Shown here in pieces: positions 1 through 8,418 of a stretch of DNA of 32,000 bases (its first letter is position 1; each line of letters starts with the position of its first letter). The stretch is from the NCBI RefSeq assembly GCF_001457595.1, contig NZ_LN831039.1, positions 690,001 through 722,000 of the forward strand. Direction: 5' to 3'. Source of the stretch: Mycolicibacterium smegmatis. GTDB lineage: Bacteria > Actinomycetota > Actinomycetes > Mycobacteriales > Mycobacteriaceae. The translations under genes were made by a program, and so were the position numbers. The notes beneath the pieces were generated by a model, which searched no databases, was not told where the DNA came from, and saw nothing but the letters and a program-made list of their open reading frames with translations.

Positions 1-794
1 CGGCGACGATTGCCGATCACGATCAGACTCACTACTTGCGCGGCGCGCTCCAGCGCTACCGTGGCTACCTCGTCGAAGCCTCCACCTTCGGCAATGCTGA
101 GACCGAGCGCCACGAGGCGGCCGTCACGCGCGCCGTCGATGGTCAGATGCTTCTCGATGAACGGCGGTGCGCTGTCGACGCACCTGGTGATCAACTCCCA
201 GCCCGCGGTGACGTCGCGCTCGGTGAGGCCGTTCAACGCTCGATATACGAATCCGCCGCCAGCGCGCTCGTAGAGGACTGGCTCACCCACTGCCGCAGCG
301 AGGGCGTCGAGTACCTCGGCGATCCCGCCGCCTTCGAGTACCAGCTCGGTCAGTCGACGCTGAAGTTCCTGTGCATGATCCAGCAGCGTGATCTTCTGGT
401 TGACGATCTGGGTGTGAATCGCCTCGGTGACGTCGATGAACGCAACCGGGAGATGCAACGCCACCAGCGTGAGATTGCGCTTCTGGCATTCGTCGATGAG
501 GTGCCGCGGGACGCTACGGAAGTTGGCGCCGAGCTCGAGCACCATGGCGGCGATTCCGCGTTCAGCCAATTCCGCGATGAGTCGCCGGTCCGACGCTTCC
601 GGCCCGTGGAACATGCGGCCCTCGGTGAGCACCAGTTCGCCGCCACGCAGAACAGACGCGATATCGCGAACCTCGACCACGTGTACCCAGCGGATGGGGC
701 GGTCGAGGTTCTCTCGGCCCGCGATCACTTCGGGCGCGCCGCCGCGTAGGGCGGGCAGCTGTAGGGCAGCTCGAACGGTCAAGGCTTCAGACAC
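1..794 (-). CDS. PucR-family transcriptional regulator, N-terminal portion (3' end lies beyond window start)
   Basis: My own reverse-strand translation from GTG 794-792, with an in-frame TAA directly upstream at 797-795, gives VSEALTVRAALQLPALRGGAPEVIAGRENLDRPIRWVHVVEVRDIASVLRGGELVLTEGRMF... This is typical of the PucR / purine-catabolism-regulator N-terminal domain. The frame stays open to position 1, so it is missing from the ORF track. Track ORF 36..749(+) is its antisense shadow. Confidence 0.7.
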   Translation of the reverse strand, partial: MSEALTVRAALQLPALRGGAPEVIAGRENLDRPIRWVHVVEVRDIASVLRGGELVLTEGRMFHGPEASDRRLIAELAERGIAAMVLELGANFRSVPRHLIDECQKRNLTLVALHLPVAFIDVTEAIHTQIVNQKITLLDHAQELQRRLTELVLEGGGIAEVLDALAAAVGEPVLYERAGGGFVYRALNGLTERDVTAGWELITRCVDSAPPFIEKHLTIDGARDGRLVALGLSIAEGGGFDEVATVALERAAQVVSLIVIGNRR

Positions 795-959
795 TTACCA
801 AGTGTGGCTGACTCGCCGGTCGTTGCAGAATTACTGCCGAAATTCCGACATCCTGTCGCGCCTGATCCCGAGATGCTTGACATGACGCGGGTCGCCGGGC
901 CCGGCAATATGCAGAAACATTTCGCGAAGCATCTGCTGACTGGATGAAGGAGGCTGCCG

Positions 960-3272
960 GTGAGTATGCCGATCGTCGGTTACACAGATCGCCTCACAGT
1001 GGAGCCGGGCCAAACAGTTGAATTCAAGATCAGCAGTGTTGAGCCGACCTTTCACGCCACGCTGGTGCGCTTGCTCCACGGCGACGACAATCCTGCCGGT
1101 CCTGGCTTCAAGGCAACGCGCGTTCCTTCGGCCATCGAGGGACCCCATCCAGGCCGGTACCAGTCCCTGCGCCCGGGCTCCTACGTCCACATTCCGCATC
1201 GTGCGGGGTTGACACCGTCGGCCAGCTTCTCCATCCATCTGTGGATGTGGATCAACTCGGCAACCGGCGGTCGACAGACCCTGCTGTCTCAAGGGTCGGT
1301 CGACGACGGCGGATATGCCCTCCGCATGGAGGACAGCAGGATCACCGCTCGGGTTGGCGATCAGGCGGTCACCGTGGCCAGCCCGATCCTGCCCCGCCGG
1401 TGGTACTCGGTAGCGGCAGTGTTCGACACCGCCGCAGGTGAGCTGCGCCTCGATGTGGTACCCTTGGCGATCAACCGGGCCCCCCATCACGACCGCGCGT
1501 GCAGTTCGATCGGTATGCCCACACCCGGTGTGGCTGACGTCCTCATCGGTGCCGAGAAGCTCAGCGACGGGCAGGTCGGAAACTTCTGTAACGGCAAGAT
1601 CGATTCCCCCCGCATCTATCCGACGGCGCTCAACGATGCCGAGCTGGAATCGATCAGGCAGGACACCTCCAACCAGGCTGCGGCTTCTCCCTTGGCCGCA
1701 TGGGATTTCGCCGCCGACATCAGCAATTGGACGGTGACCGACGTCGTCGGCGGATTCCACGGACACACCGTCAACAAACCGATGCGAGGCGCTACCGGCC
1801 ATAACTGGGACGGGTCGGAAACGTCGTGGGCGCACGCACCGGCGCAATACGGCGCCATCCACTTTCACGACGACGACCTTGCCGATGCGGGCTGGGAGAC
1901 AGCCTTTCAGTGGACGGTTCCCGACGAACTGCCCAGCGCCGTCTACGCGGCACATGTGACCGCTGGCGATGCCGAGGACTACATCCCGGTGTTCGTTCGC
2001 CCGCGCCGCGGGTATCCGACGTCCAAGATCGCACTACTCATCCCGACATTCAGCTACTTGGCCTACGCCAATGAGCAGCTGCTGAATAACCCTCTGCTTG
2101 AAAACCAGGCCGACTACCCGTCGCAGGTTCAAGACCGCTACATCGTCGAGAACCGCCTACTGAGTCTCTACGACAAACACAGCGATGGTTCGGGCGTCTG
2201 TTATTCGTCACGACTGCGACCCGTGGTCAATATGCGTCCCAAATGCCGCATGGCGTGGCTCGACGGCGGCAAGGGCTCGCCACACCAATTCAACGCCGAC
2301 CTGCACATCATCGACTGGCTGCACGAAAACGGCTATGAAGCAGACATTTTCACCGACGAAGACCTCCACCACGAGGGTCATTCCTTGCTCGCCCCGTACA
2401 AGGCGGTGCTGACCGGCTCGCATCACGAGTACTGGTCGGGTGAAATGATCGATGCCGCACAAGGCTACCTTCAGGACGGTGGCCGATTACTGTCGTTGTG
2501 CGGCAACGGAATGTACTGGGTCACCCAACTCGATCCTGAGACCGGCACCAGCGTCGAGATCCGCCGTCGCGGCCCCGCGACGCGGATGTGGGAACCCGAA
2601 CCCGGTGAGGCGCACCTGAGCAGCACCGGGGAGCTCGGCGGTACCTGGCGGTTCCGAGGTCGCGGCCCACAGTCCTGGATAGGCGCGGGTTACACAGCCG
2701 AGACGGCAGGACCAGGTCGTCCCTTCCGGCGTACGGAGCGAAGCTACAACGAGGATGTCGCGTTCATCTTCGACGGCGTAGCGGGCGACATGATCGGCGA
2801 CTTTCCCTGCCTCGTCAACTCCTATGGTGCAGCAGGATTCGAGTTTGATCGCGCCGATCCGGCACTTGGCACCCCGGCAGAGACCGTCATCTTGGCCACT
2901 GCCGACGGGTTCGATGATGGGGCTCAAGGAGCCATCGACGATGTTCTGCTGTCCGACTCCAGTCAGGGTGGCACCCAGAGCCCGCTGGTTCGTGCCGATA
3001 TGACGTTCCTGAGGTATCCCGCCGGAGGCGCGGTCTTTTCGGTCAGCTCCATCGCGTGGGCCGGTTGCCTGTCGTACAACGGATATGACAACGATGTCTC
3101 CCGTATCACCCGAAATGTGCTGGAGGCGTTCATCTCTGACGGGATTCAGGCGCAGAGACGCACACGTCAGCACCCATTTCGTAAACTGAGAGGCCCATCG
3201 CCAATGGCGAACATCGAGACTACAAACCCGGTCGAACCGCTGCTCGCCGACGCCCGGCGGCAGCAGATTTAA
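960..3272 (+). CDS. N,N-dimethylformamidase large (beta) subunit-like protein, copy 1 (LamG/concanavalin-like N-terminal region plus DMFase-beta-type C-terminal domain)
   Basis: 770-aa ORF with GAAGGAGG about 8 nt upstream of GTG 960. The N-terminus IVGYTDRLTVEPGQTVEFKIS..LVRLLHGDDNPAGPG and the motifs GNFCNGKIDSPR, YGAIHFHDDDLADAGW, FSYLAYANEQ, SPHQFNADLHIIDWL and GNGMYWVT match what I recall of the DMFase-beta family. It is clearly paralogous to 15058..17253. Confidence 0.8.
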   Translation: MSMPIVGYTDRLTVEPGQTVEFKISSVEPTFHATLVRLLHGDDNPAGPGFKATRVPSAIEGPHPGRYQSLRPGSYVHIPHRAGLTPSASFSIHLWMWINSATGGRQTLLSQGSVDDGGYALRMEDSRITARVGDQAVTVASPILPRRWYSVAAVFDTAAGELRLDVVPLAINRAPHHDRACSSIGMPTPGVADVLIGAEKLSDGQVGNFCNGKIDSPRIYPTALNDAELESIRQDTSNQAAASPLAAWDFAADISNWTVTDVVGGFHGHTVNKPMRGATGHNWDGSETSWAHAPAQYGAIHFHDDDLADAGWETAFQWTVPDELPSAVYAAHVTAGDAEDYIPVFVRPRRGYPTSKIALLIPTFSYLAYANEQLLNNPLLENQADYPSQVQDRYIVENRLLSLYDKHSDGSGVCYSSRLRPVVNMRPKCRMAWLDGGKGSPHQFNADLHIIDWLHENGYEADIFTDEDLHHEGHSLLAPYKAVLTGSHHEYWSGEMIDAAQGYLQDGGRLLSLCGNGMYWVTQLDPETGTSVEIRRRGPATRMWEPEPGEAHLSSTGELGGTWRFRGRGPQSWIGAGYTAETAGPGRPFRRTERSYNEDVAFIFDGVAGDMIGDFPCLVNSYGAAGFEFDRADPALGTPAETVILATADGFDDGAQGAIDDVLLSDSSQGGTQSPLVRADMTFLRYPAGGAVFSVSSIAWAGCLSYNGYDNDVSRITRNVLEAFISDGIQAQRRTRQHPFRKLRGPSPMANIETTNPVEPLLADARRQQI

Positions 3273-3364
3273 TCTCGACAGCGATGGCGAGAGCCGGACA
3301 GCGAAGACATTCGCGTCACCCAGATGTTTATACCTAAACCCATTCAGAATAGAGGAAATCGCAT

Positions 3365-4741
3365 ATGCCCATCGCCAGTGTCAACCCAGCCACCGGTGAG
3401 ACGATCGAGACCTTCGCTGCCCACGACGACGCCGAGGTGCAGCGCCGCATAACCGAAGCCGCCGACGCCGCAGAGGCGCTGCGTGATACGACGTACTCCC
3501 AACGCGCCGAGTGGATGAAGGCGGCCGCAGACCTCTTGGAGGCCGATGTCGAGTCGGCTGCCAAGATGATCACCCGCGAGATGGGTAAACCCATCGCCCA
3601 GTCGCGCGGGGAAGTTCTCAAGTGCGCCAAGAACATGCGCTACTACGCCGAGCACGCTGAATCCTTCCTGGCCGCCGAGTTCCTGGCGGATCCCTCGGCC
3701 GTCACCGCATCTGAGGCGGGCGCGGTGTGGCAGCCGCTGGGTGTGGTGCTGGCCGTCATGCCATGGAACTACCCATTCTGGCAGGTCGTCCGGTTCGCCG
3801 CGCCGGCGCTGATGGCGGGTAACACCGTGCTGCTCAAACACGCGTCGAACGTGCCGCAGTCGGCCCTGTACCTCGACGCCCTCTTCGAGAAGAGCGGATT
3901 TCCGGTCGGCTCGTTCCGGACGCTGCTCATCGGGTCCGCCGGGGTCGCGGCCGTCCTCGAAGACGTCCGTGTCAAGGCCGTGACGCTGACCGGTTCCGAG
4001 CAAGCGGGCCGCTCGGTGGCCGCAACGGCCGGGCAGCAGGTCAAAAAGGCCGTCCTGGAGCTCGGCGGGTCCGACCCGTTCATCGTGATGCCCAGCGCCG
4101 ATCTGGAGGCTGCGGCTGCCACCGCCGTCAAGGCCCGCATCTCCAATAACGGTCAATCATGCGTGGCTGCAAAGCGTTTCATCGTCCACGCCGACGTGTA
4201 CGATGCGTTTGCGAAACTGTTCGCCGCAAAGATGGGCGCACTGACCGTCGGTGACCCGATGGACGAGGCAGTGGATGTCGGGCCGTTGGCCACCGAGTCC
4301 GGTCGCGACGAAGTAGCCGAGTTGGTGGACGACGCGGTGGCCAAGGGCGCTCAAGTGCTCGTCGGCGGATTGGCGTCTAAGTCCGGAGGCTGGTACTACC
4401 CGCCGACCGTTCTCGCGGGCCTGACCGATGACATGCGCATCGTATTGGAAGAGACCTTCGGTCCCGTCGCGTCGCTCTACAAAGTTGCCGATCGTGACGA
4501 GGCCGTCAAGATCGCCAATCAGACCACCTTCGGGCTGAGTTCCGCGGTGTGGACCACCGATTCTGCAGAACAGGATTGGTTTGTCGATCAGCTGGACGCC
4601 GGAGCGGTTTTCGTCAACGGGATGACGGTGTCCTTCCCTGAGCTGCCGTTCGGCGGCGTCAAGGCGTCGGGCTATGGCCGCGAACTCGCGGCGGCGGGCA
4701 TTCGTGAGTTCTGCAACCTGAAGACGGTCTGGAAGGCCTGA
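3365..4741 (+). CDS. gabD1: Succinate-semialdehyde dehydrogenase [NADP+], GabD1-type aldehyde dehydrogenase
   Basis: 458 aa. MPIASVNPATGETIETF..., LELGGSDPFIVMPSADL (catalytic Glu), NNGQSCVAAKRFIVH (catalytic Cys) and the C-terminus ELPFGGVKASGYGRELAAAGIREFCNLKTVWKA are near-collinear with M. tuberculosis GabD1 (Rv0234c) as I remember it. An AGAGGAAA RBS precedes the ATG. Confidence 0.9.
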   Translation: MPIASVNPATGETIETFAAHDDAEVQRRITEAADAAEALRDTTYSQRAEWMKAAADLLEADVESAAKMITREMGKPIAQSRGEVLKCAKNMRYYAEHAESFLAAEFLADPSAVTASEAGAVWQPLGVVLAVMPWNYPFWQVVRFAAPALMAGNTVLLKHASNVPQSALYLDALFEKSGFPVGSFRTLLIGSAGVAAVLEDVRVKAVTLTGSEQAGRSVAATAGQQVKKAVLELGGSDPFIVMPSADLEAAAATAVKARISNNGQSCVAAKRFIVHADVYDAFAKLFAAKMGALTVGDPMDEAVDVGPLATESGRDEVAELVDDAVAKGAQVLVGGLASKSGGWYYPPTVLAGLTDDMRIVLEETFGPVASLYKVADRDEAVKIANQTTFGLSSAVWTTDSAEQDWFVDQLDAGAVFVNGMTVSFPELPFGGVKASGYGRELAAAGIREFCNLKTVWKA

Positions 4742-5046
4742 GCGTCGTTTACCCTCCCGACAGTCATGCGCGGCTGTGCGGTCTCACCCGAACCCGTTCT
4801 TTATAAACGGACGAGGCCCGCACGGTCGCGCATTTCTCGCTTCCGCTCCGGGCGTGCATCAACGATGACTGACGGCCTCGTGGCCGAGAGGTCGACGGAA
4901 CTCCGGTGAGCGCTTGACGAAATGTGAACGTCCCGAGGCGGCTGCCTGACAGTCCGCGGGGTGTCCGCACTCACACCAGCGGCGAGAATTTTCTGCGAAG
5001 GGACCTTTCCCCTTGACCAGCCCGGGTCTTCCAAAGGAGCCTGTTC

Positions 5047-6189
5047 ATGTCTGTGATTGATCACGAAAACTACTTCACCAGTCTGCCCCGCGAGTACTAC
5101 CTCGATGAGGATCGGTACACCAATGAGCTGGCCAGGGTCTGGGGCCAGCAGTGGATCTACGCCGGGCACGTTTCCCAAATCCCCAAGACTGGCGACTACT
5201 TCACCTTCGAGGTCGGGACCGAGAACATTCTGGTGGTGCGCGACGGCGGTGACGTCCGCGCCGTTCATAACGTTTGCCGGCACCGGGGACTGCAGCTGTG
5301 CAATCAGCCCACTGGCCGGGTCGGCCGCAGAATCGTCTGCCCGTACCACTCGTGGAGCTACGGGCTCGATGGAAAGTTGCTCAAAGCTACCCGCCAGGAC
5401 GACGGAGAGTTCTTCGATTACAAGGACTTCGGGCTGTTTCCTATACACGTGTCGATCTGGCAGGGGTTCATTTTTGTGAGCCTGGCCGAAGTCGCCCCGG
5501 CTCCGGTTGACTCGATGATCGACGAGAAGGCAACCGCCGACATGGCGGTCCTCGATCCCACCCGGCTCAAGATCGCGCACGAGATCACCTACTATGCCGA
5601 TGCCAACTGGAAGCTTCTGCTCGAAAACGGCGTCGAGTGCTATCACTGTCCGTCGGTGCATCCGGAGTTCTGCGTTTCGCTCGACGCCCAAGAGATGTCG
5701 GACTACTACGAAGAGGACTATATCGGCGATCTGGTCCAAGGTTTGGTCATCCCGGTCAAGCGTGAGTTGGAATCGCTGTCGATGGACGGCCACTACGTCT
5801 CGAAGAAACTCCTCGGAGAGTTCGGCCGCGGCGCCGACGTTCCCGATGACTTCGGCGCGGGGTTCATGACCCAGCCCGGATACTGTTGGGGGGGATTCCA
5901 TCCTGATTACGGCATGGTCGCCAGCACCCTGCCGATCTCGGCAACGCGAACCAAGATGGTGTGTTGGTGGTTTGTGCACGAAGACGCCGAGGAGGGAGTC
6001 GACTACAACGTCGACGAACTCGTCAAGCTGTGGGACATCACCAACATTCAGGACCTACACATCCAAGAGCGCCAACAAGTCGGCCTGACCTCGCAACGTT
6101 ATGTTCCGGGACCGAATTCGCCGTCGCAGGAACCCGGTATCCGCGCCGCGCTGCGCAAGTACCTGGAGATGATGGGAGAACCGAGCTGA
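5047..6189 (+). CDS. Rieske [2Fe-2S] non-haem-iron oxygenase, alpha subunit only (GbcA/CntA/Stc2-like group)
   Basis: 380 aa. Rieske motif CRHRG...18 aa...CPYHSW and mononuclear-iron motif NWKLLLENGVECYHCPSVH. AAGGAG RBS before ATG 5047. There is no beta-subunit gene, which fits the class IA type that pairs with an FNR-ferredoxin fusion reductase. Confidence 0.85.
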   Translation: MSVIDHENYFTSLPREYYLDEDRYTNELARVWGQQWIYAGHVSQIPKTGDYFTFEVGTENILVVRDGGDVRAVHNVCRHRGLQLCNQPTGRVGRRIVCPYHSWSYGLDGKLLKATRQDDGEFFDYKDFGLFPIHVSIWQGFIFVSLAEVAPAPVDSMIDEKATADMAVLDPTRLKIAHEITYYADANWKLLLENGVECYHCPSVHPEFCVSLDAQEMSDYYEEDYIGDLVQGLVIPVKRELESLSMDGHYVSKKLLGEFGRGADVPDDFGAGFMTQPGYCWGGFHPDYGMVASTLPISATRTKMVCWWFVHEDAEEGVDYNVDELVKLWDITNIQDLHIQERQQVGLTSQRYVPGPNSPSQEPGIRAALRKYLEMMGEPS

Positions 6190-6980
6190 GTACCCACAGT
6201 TCCGGCCGAGGACGCCTCGCCGGCAAGGCTGCTGTCGTCACCGGAGCCACGAGTGGTCTCGGATTGGCCGTGGCGTACGCCATGGCGGCCGAGGGTGCCG
6301 CGGTGGTCGCGGTAGGGCGCAACGCCGACCGCGGCCACGAAATCGTGCAATCGATTGTGAAGGACGGCCACACAGCGGTCTTCGTACGCGGCGACGTGGC
6401 CGTAGAGAAAGACATCGCCAGAGCAATCGAGCTCTGCCGGGCCGAGTTCGGCTCGTTGGACATCATGCACAACAATGCGGCGTTTTTTGTGACCGCGGAG
6501 TTGCACCAGACCACAACCGAAGACTGGGATCGGTCACTCCGGACCAACCTGAGTTCGGTGTTCTGGGGCAGTAAGCACGCGGTGCTCGCAATGCGCGAGC
6601 AGGGTCACGGTGGGTCGATCATCAACACTGCGTCCGTGGCCGCCTTCACCGCGACAGCCGACACCGCCGCCTACGTCGCAACGAAATCGGGTGTCATGGG
6701 GCTCACCCGGTCCGTAGCGCTTGCGTACGCAGCGGAAGGTATTCGGTGTAATGCGTTGTGCCCCGGTGACTTCGAGTCGCCGATGTTCGATAGCTTCCTG
6801 GCAACCCAGAGTAACCCCAGCGCTGCCCGGAGGGAATTCGAAGCGCTGTACCCGACGAAGCGCATCCTCAAGCCCGGTGACGTCGCCAACGCGGCCGTCT
6901 TCCTCGCATCTGACGAAGCGGCCGGCGTCAATGGAACGTCACTCGTGGTTGACGACGGGCTACTGGCCAAGACCTACTGA
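6186..6980 (+). CDS. Short-chain dehydrogenase/reductase (SDR); start codon uncertain
   Basis: Rossmann motif GKAAVVTGATSGLGLAV begins about 12 codons after the Rieske stop. Also NNAAF, the YVATK catalytic Y-x3-K, and PGDFESP. No ATG, GTG or TTG lies between the Rieske stop and the Rossmann motif. The only near-cognate start is CTG 6186, which overlaps TGA 6187-6189. The track start at 5961 would overlap the Rieske gene by 228 nt. Confidence 0.75.
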   Translation: MSTHSSGRGRLAGKAAVVTGATSGLGLAVAYAMAAEGAAVVAVGRNADRGHEIVQSIVKDGHTAVFVRGDVAVEKDIARAIELCRAEFGSLDIMHNNAAFFVTAELHQTTTEDWDRSLRTNLSSVFWGSKHAVLAMREQGHGGSIINTASVAAFTATADTAAYVATKSGVMGLTRSVALAYAAEGIRCNALCPGDFESPMFDSFLATQSNPSAARREFEALYPTKRILKPGDVANAAVFLASDEAAGVNGTSLVVDDGLLAKTY

Positions 6981-6983
6981 TCG

Positions 6984-8006
6984 TTGGAGTCTGCCTTGAC
7001 CCATCTAGTCCAATTCCGAGTCCTTTCGGTCATCGCGGAAACCCACGAGGCGAAGTCGTTTCGGCTTCAGGCACCCAGGCCCCTCGCGTACAAGCCGGGA
7101 CAATTTCTCACGATCGGAGTGCCGTCCGAACGTGGAACGGTGGCGCGATGCTATTCACTGTCGAGCGCCCCCCATGAGGAGGACTTCTCGATCACGGTGA
7201 AGCGCACACCGCGCGGCTACGCGTCCAATTGGATATGCGATCACATAACAGTCGGGGACACCATCACGGCGCTGCCACCGTCAGGCAACTTCATCCCGCC
7301 GTCGCAAGACACCGACTTGGTCTTGTTCGCTGCCGGCAGCGGAATAACCCCTGTGATGTCGATCGCGAAACATGTTCTGACACAGACTGATAGAGACGTG
7401 GCGCTGTTCTATGCCAATCGAGATGCCGCGGCAGTCATCTTCGCTGAAGAGCTACGCGCCATGTCGGACACCTATGCGGACCGGTTTCATGTGGTGCACT
7501 GGCTGGAGGAATTGCAATCGCTGCCCCGTACCGCTGACTTGCGGCGGTTCGTTGCGGCGTACCCGCATTACTCTGCGTACACCTGCGGGCCGGCGCCATT
7601 CATGGCTGCGGTCACCGATGCCCTGACCCCACTGGGATTCGTCGGCGATCGCCTCAAACGTGAGGTGTTCCAGTCACTGAGCAGCAACCCTTTCCAGGCT
7701 CAGGATGTTGAGTCCGACCCTGGGGCCAAGCTGGCTCGGGTCCGTGGTACGTGCAACGGCGCTAGTTTCGACTTCGACGACTGGCCGTCTGACGTGCCTC
7801 TGCTCCAGCACCTGCTGTCCAAGGGGGTAGACGCTCCCTTCTCCTGCCGTAGCGGTGAGTGCGGTGCGTGCATTGTCCAGTTGGTCGAGGGTGCCGTCGA
7901 GATGGAGCAGAACGACGTGCTCGACTCTGATGAACTGGCCGACGGGTATCGCTTGGCCTGCCAAGCCAAGCCGTTGTCGGAATCTATTGTCATCACCTAC
8001 GACTGA
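6984..8006 (+). CDS. Oxygenase reductase: FNR-like FAD/NAD(P)-binding domain fused to a C-terminal plant-type [2Fe-2S] ferredoxin
   Basis: 340 aa. RCYSLSS (RxYS flavin motif), LFAAGSGITP (NAD motif), and C-terminal CRSGECGACIVQ...LACQA (Cx4Cx2C...C). TTG start 3 nt after the SDR stop. Confidence 0.85.
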   Translation: MESALTHLVQFRVLSVIAETHEAKSFRLQAPRPLAYKPGQFLTIGVPSERGTVARCYSLSSAPHEEDFSITVKRTPRGYASNWICDHITVGDTITALPPSGNFIPPSQDTDLVLFAAGSGITPVMSIAKHVLTQTDRDVALFYANRDAAAVIFAEELRAMSDTYADRFHVVHWLEELQSLPRTADLRRFVAAYPHYSAYTCGPAPFMAAVTDALTPLGFVGDRLKREVFQSLSSNPFQAQDVESDPGAKLARVRGTCNGASFDFDDWPSDVPLLQHLLSKGVDAPFSCRSGECGACIVQLVEGAVEMEQNDVLDSDELADGYRLACQAKPLSESIVITYD

Positions 8007-8080
8007 GGCGTTTTCAAGCAGGGCTCATCTGCGGGCCAAGGTTAGCTCGTACGCGTGTCGGTTCTGGATGACAGCGGTCT

Positions 8081-8413
8081 TCAGTGCTTCGGGCTGACGA
8101 GACTTCGGTGGGTACGTATACGGCTGACTCGCGACTGCAACATTGAACTGCGCTCATCCTCAGACAATCCGCCCCACGTACCCCATGCCTCTTGAAACCT
8201 GACGGCGTGCTCTCGGCACGCGGAAATGACCGGGCAGGTTGCACAGACCTCTTTGGCCTTGTGTTGGCGGCTGGAACGTGCGCGGCCACGCTCGCAATCC
8301 GGGTGAAAGAACAGAGATTCGTCGGCGTCGCGACACCGCGCGAGAAGGCGCCAACTCCAGGCCTCCTCTTGCCGCGTGCGCGTCTCTGTGACTCGAGTGG
8401 TGTTGGCGGACAT
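8081..8413 (-). CDS. whiB: WhiB-family [4Fe-4S] redox-sensing transcriptional regulator
   Basis: 110 aa. ARCRDADESLFFH...AKEVCATCPVISACREHA...GTWGGLSEDER carries the four-Cys pattern and the G[V/T]WGG turn typical of WhiB/Wbl proteins. The ATG lies 5 nt after the pdxS stop. Confidence 0.85.
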   Translation of the reverse strand: MSANTTRVTETRTRQEEAWSWRLLARCRDADESLFFHPDCERGRARSSRQHKAKEVCATCPVISACREHAVRFQEAWGTWGGLSEDERSSMLQSRVSRIRTHRSLVSPKH

Positions 8414-8418
8414 GATTT

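Noticed and set aside
36-749. 237-aa forward ORF at the window start
   Set aside because: It is antisense to the reverse-strand frame that gives a clean PucR N-terminal domain. The forward translation has no family resemblance.
877-913. TTGACA at 877-882 as a -35 box for DMFase-like copy 1
   Set aside because: The nearest -10-like hexamer (CAATAT, 905-910) is 22 nt away, too far for a sigma-70/SigA-type promoter. I am not reporting it as a feature.
795-959. DMFase small (alpha) subunit gene next to either large-subunit homologue
   Set aside because: No ORF of about 130 aa, nor any ORF with coding-like composition, lies in 795-959, 3273-3364, 14848-15057 or 17254-17375.
831-1955. 374-aa reverse ORF (and 2487..3173-, 15526..15963-, 15997..16524-, 16537..17328-)
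   Set aside because: All overlap the two DMFase-like genes in antisense. They are Arg/Gly/Pro-rich with no motifs.
4801-5979. 392-aa reverse ORF (and 3344..4156-, 6038..6547-)
   Set aside because: Antisense to the Rieske oxygenase, gabD1 and SDR genes, all of which carry unambiguous catalytic motifs on the forward strand.
5961-6185. Upstream GTG/TTG starts for the SDR, as implied by the track ORF 5961..6980
   Set aside because: They would add about 75 Arg-rich residues encoded wholly within the Rieske gene. SDRs start about 5-15 residues before the TGxxxGxG motif.
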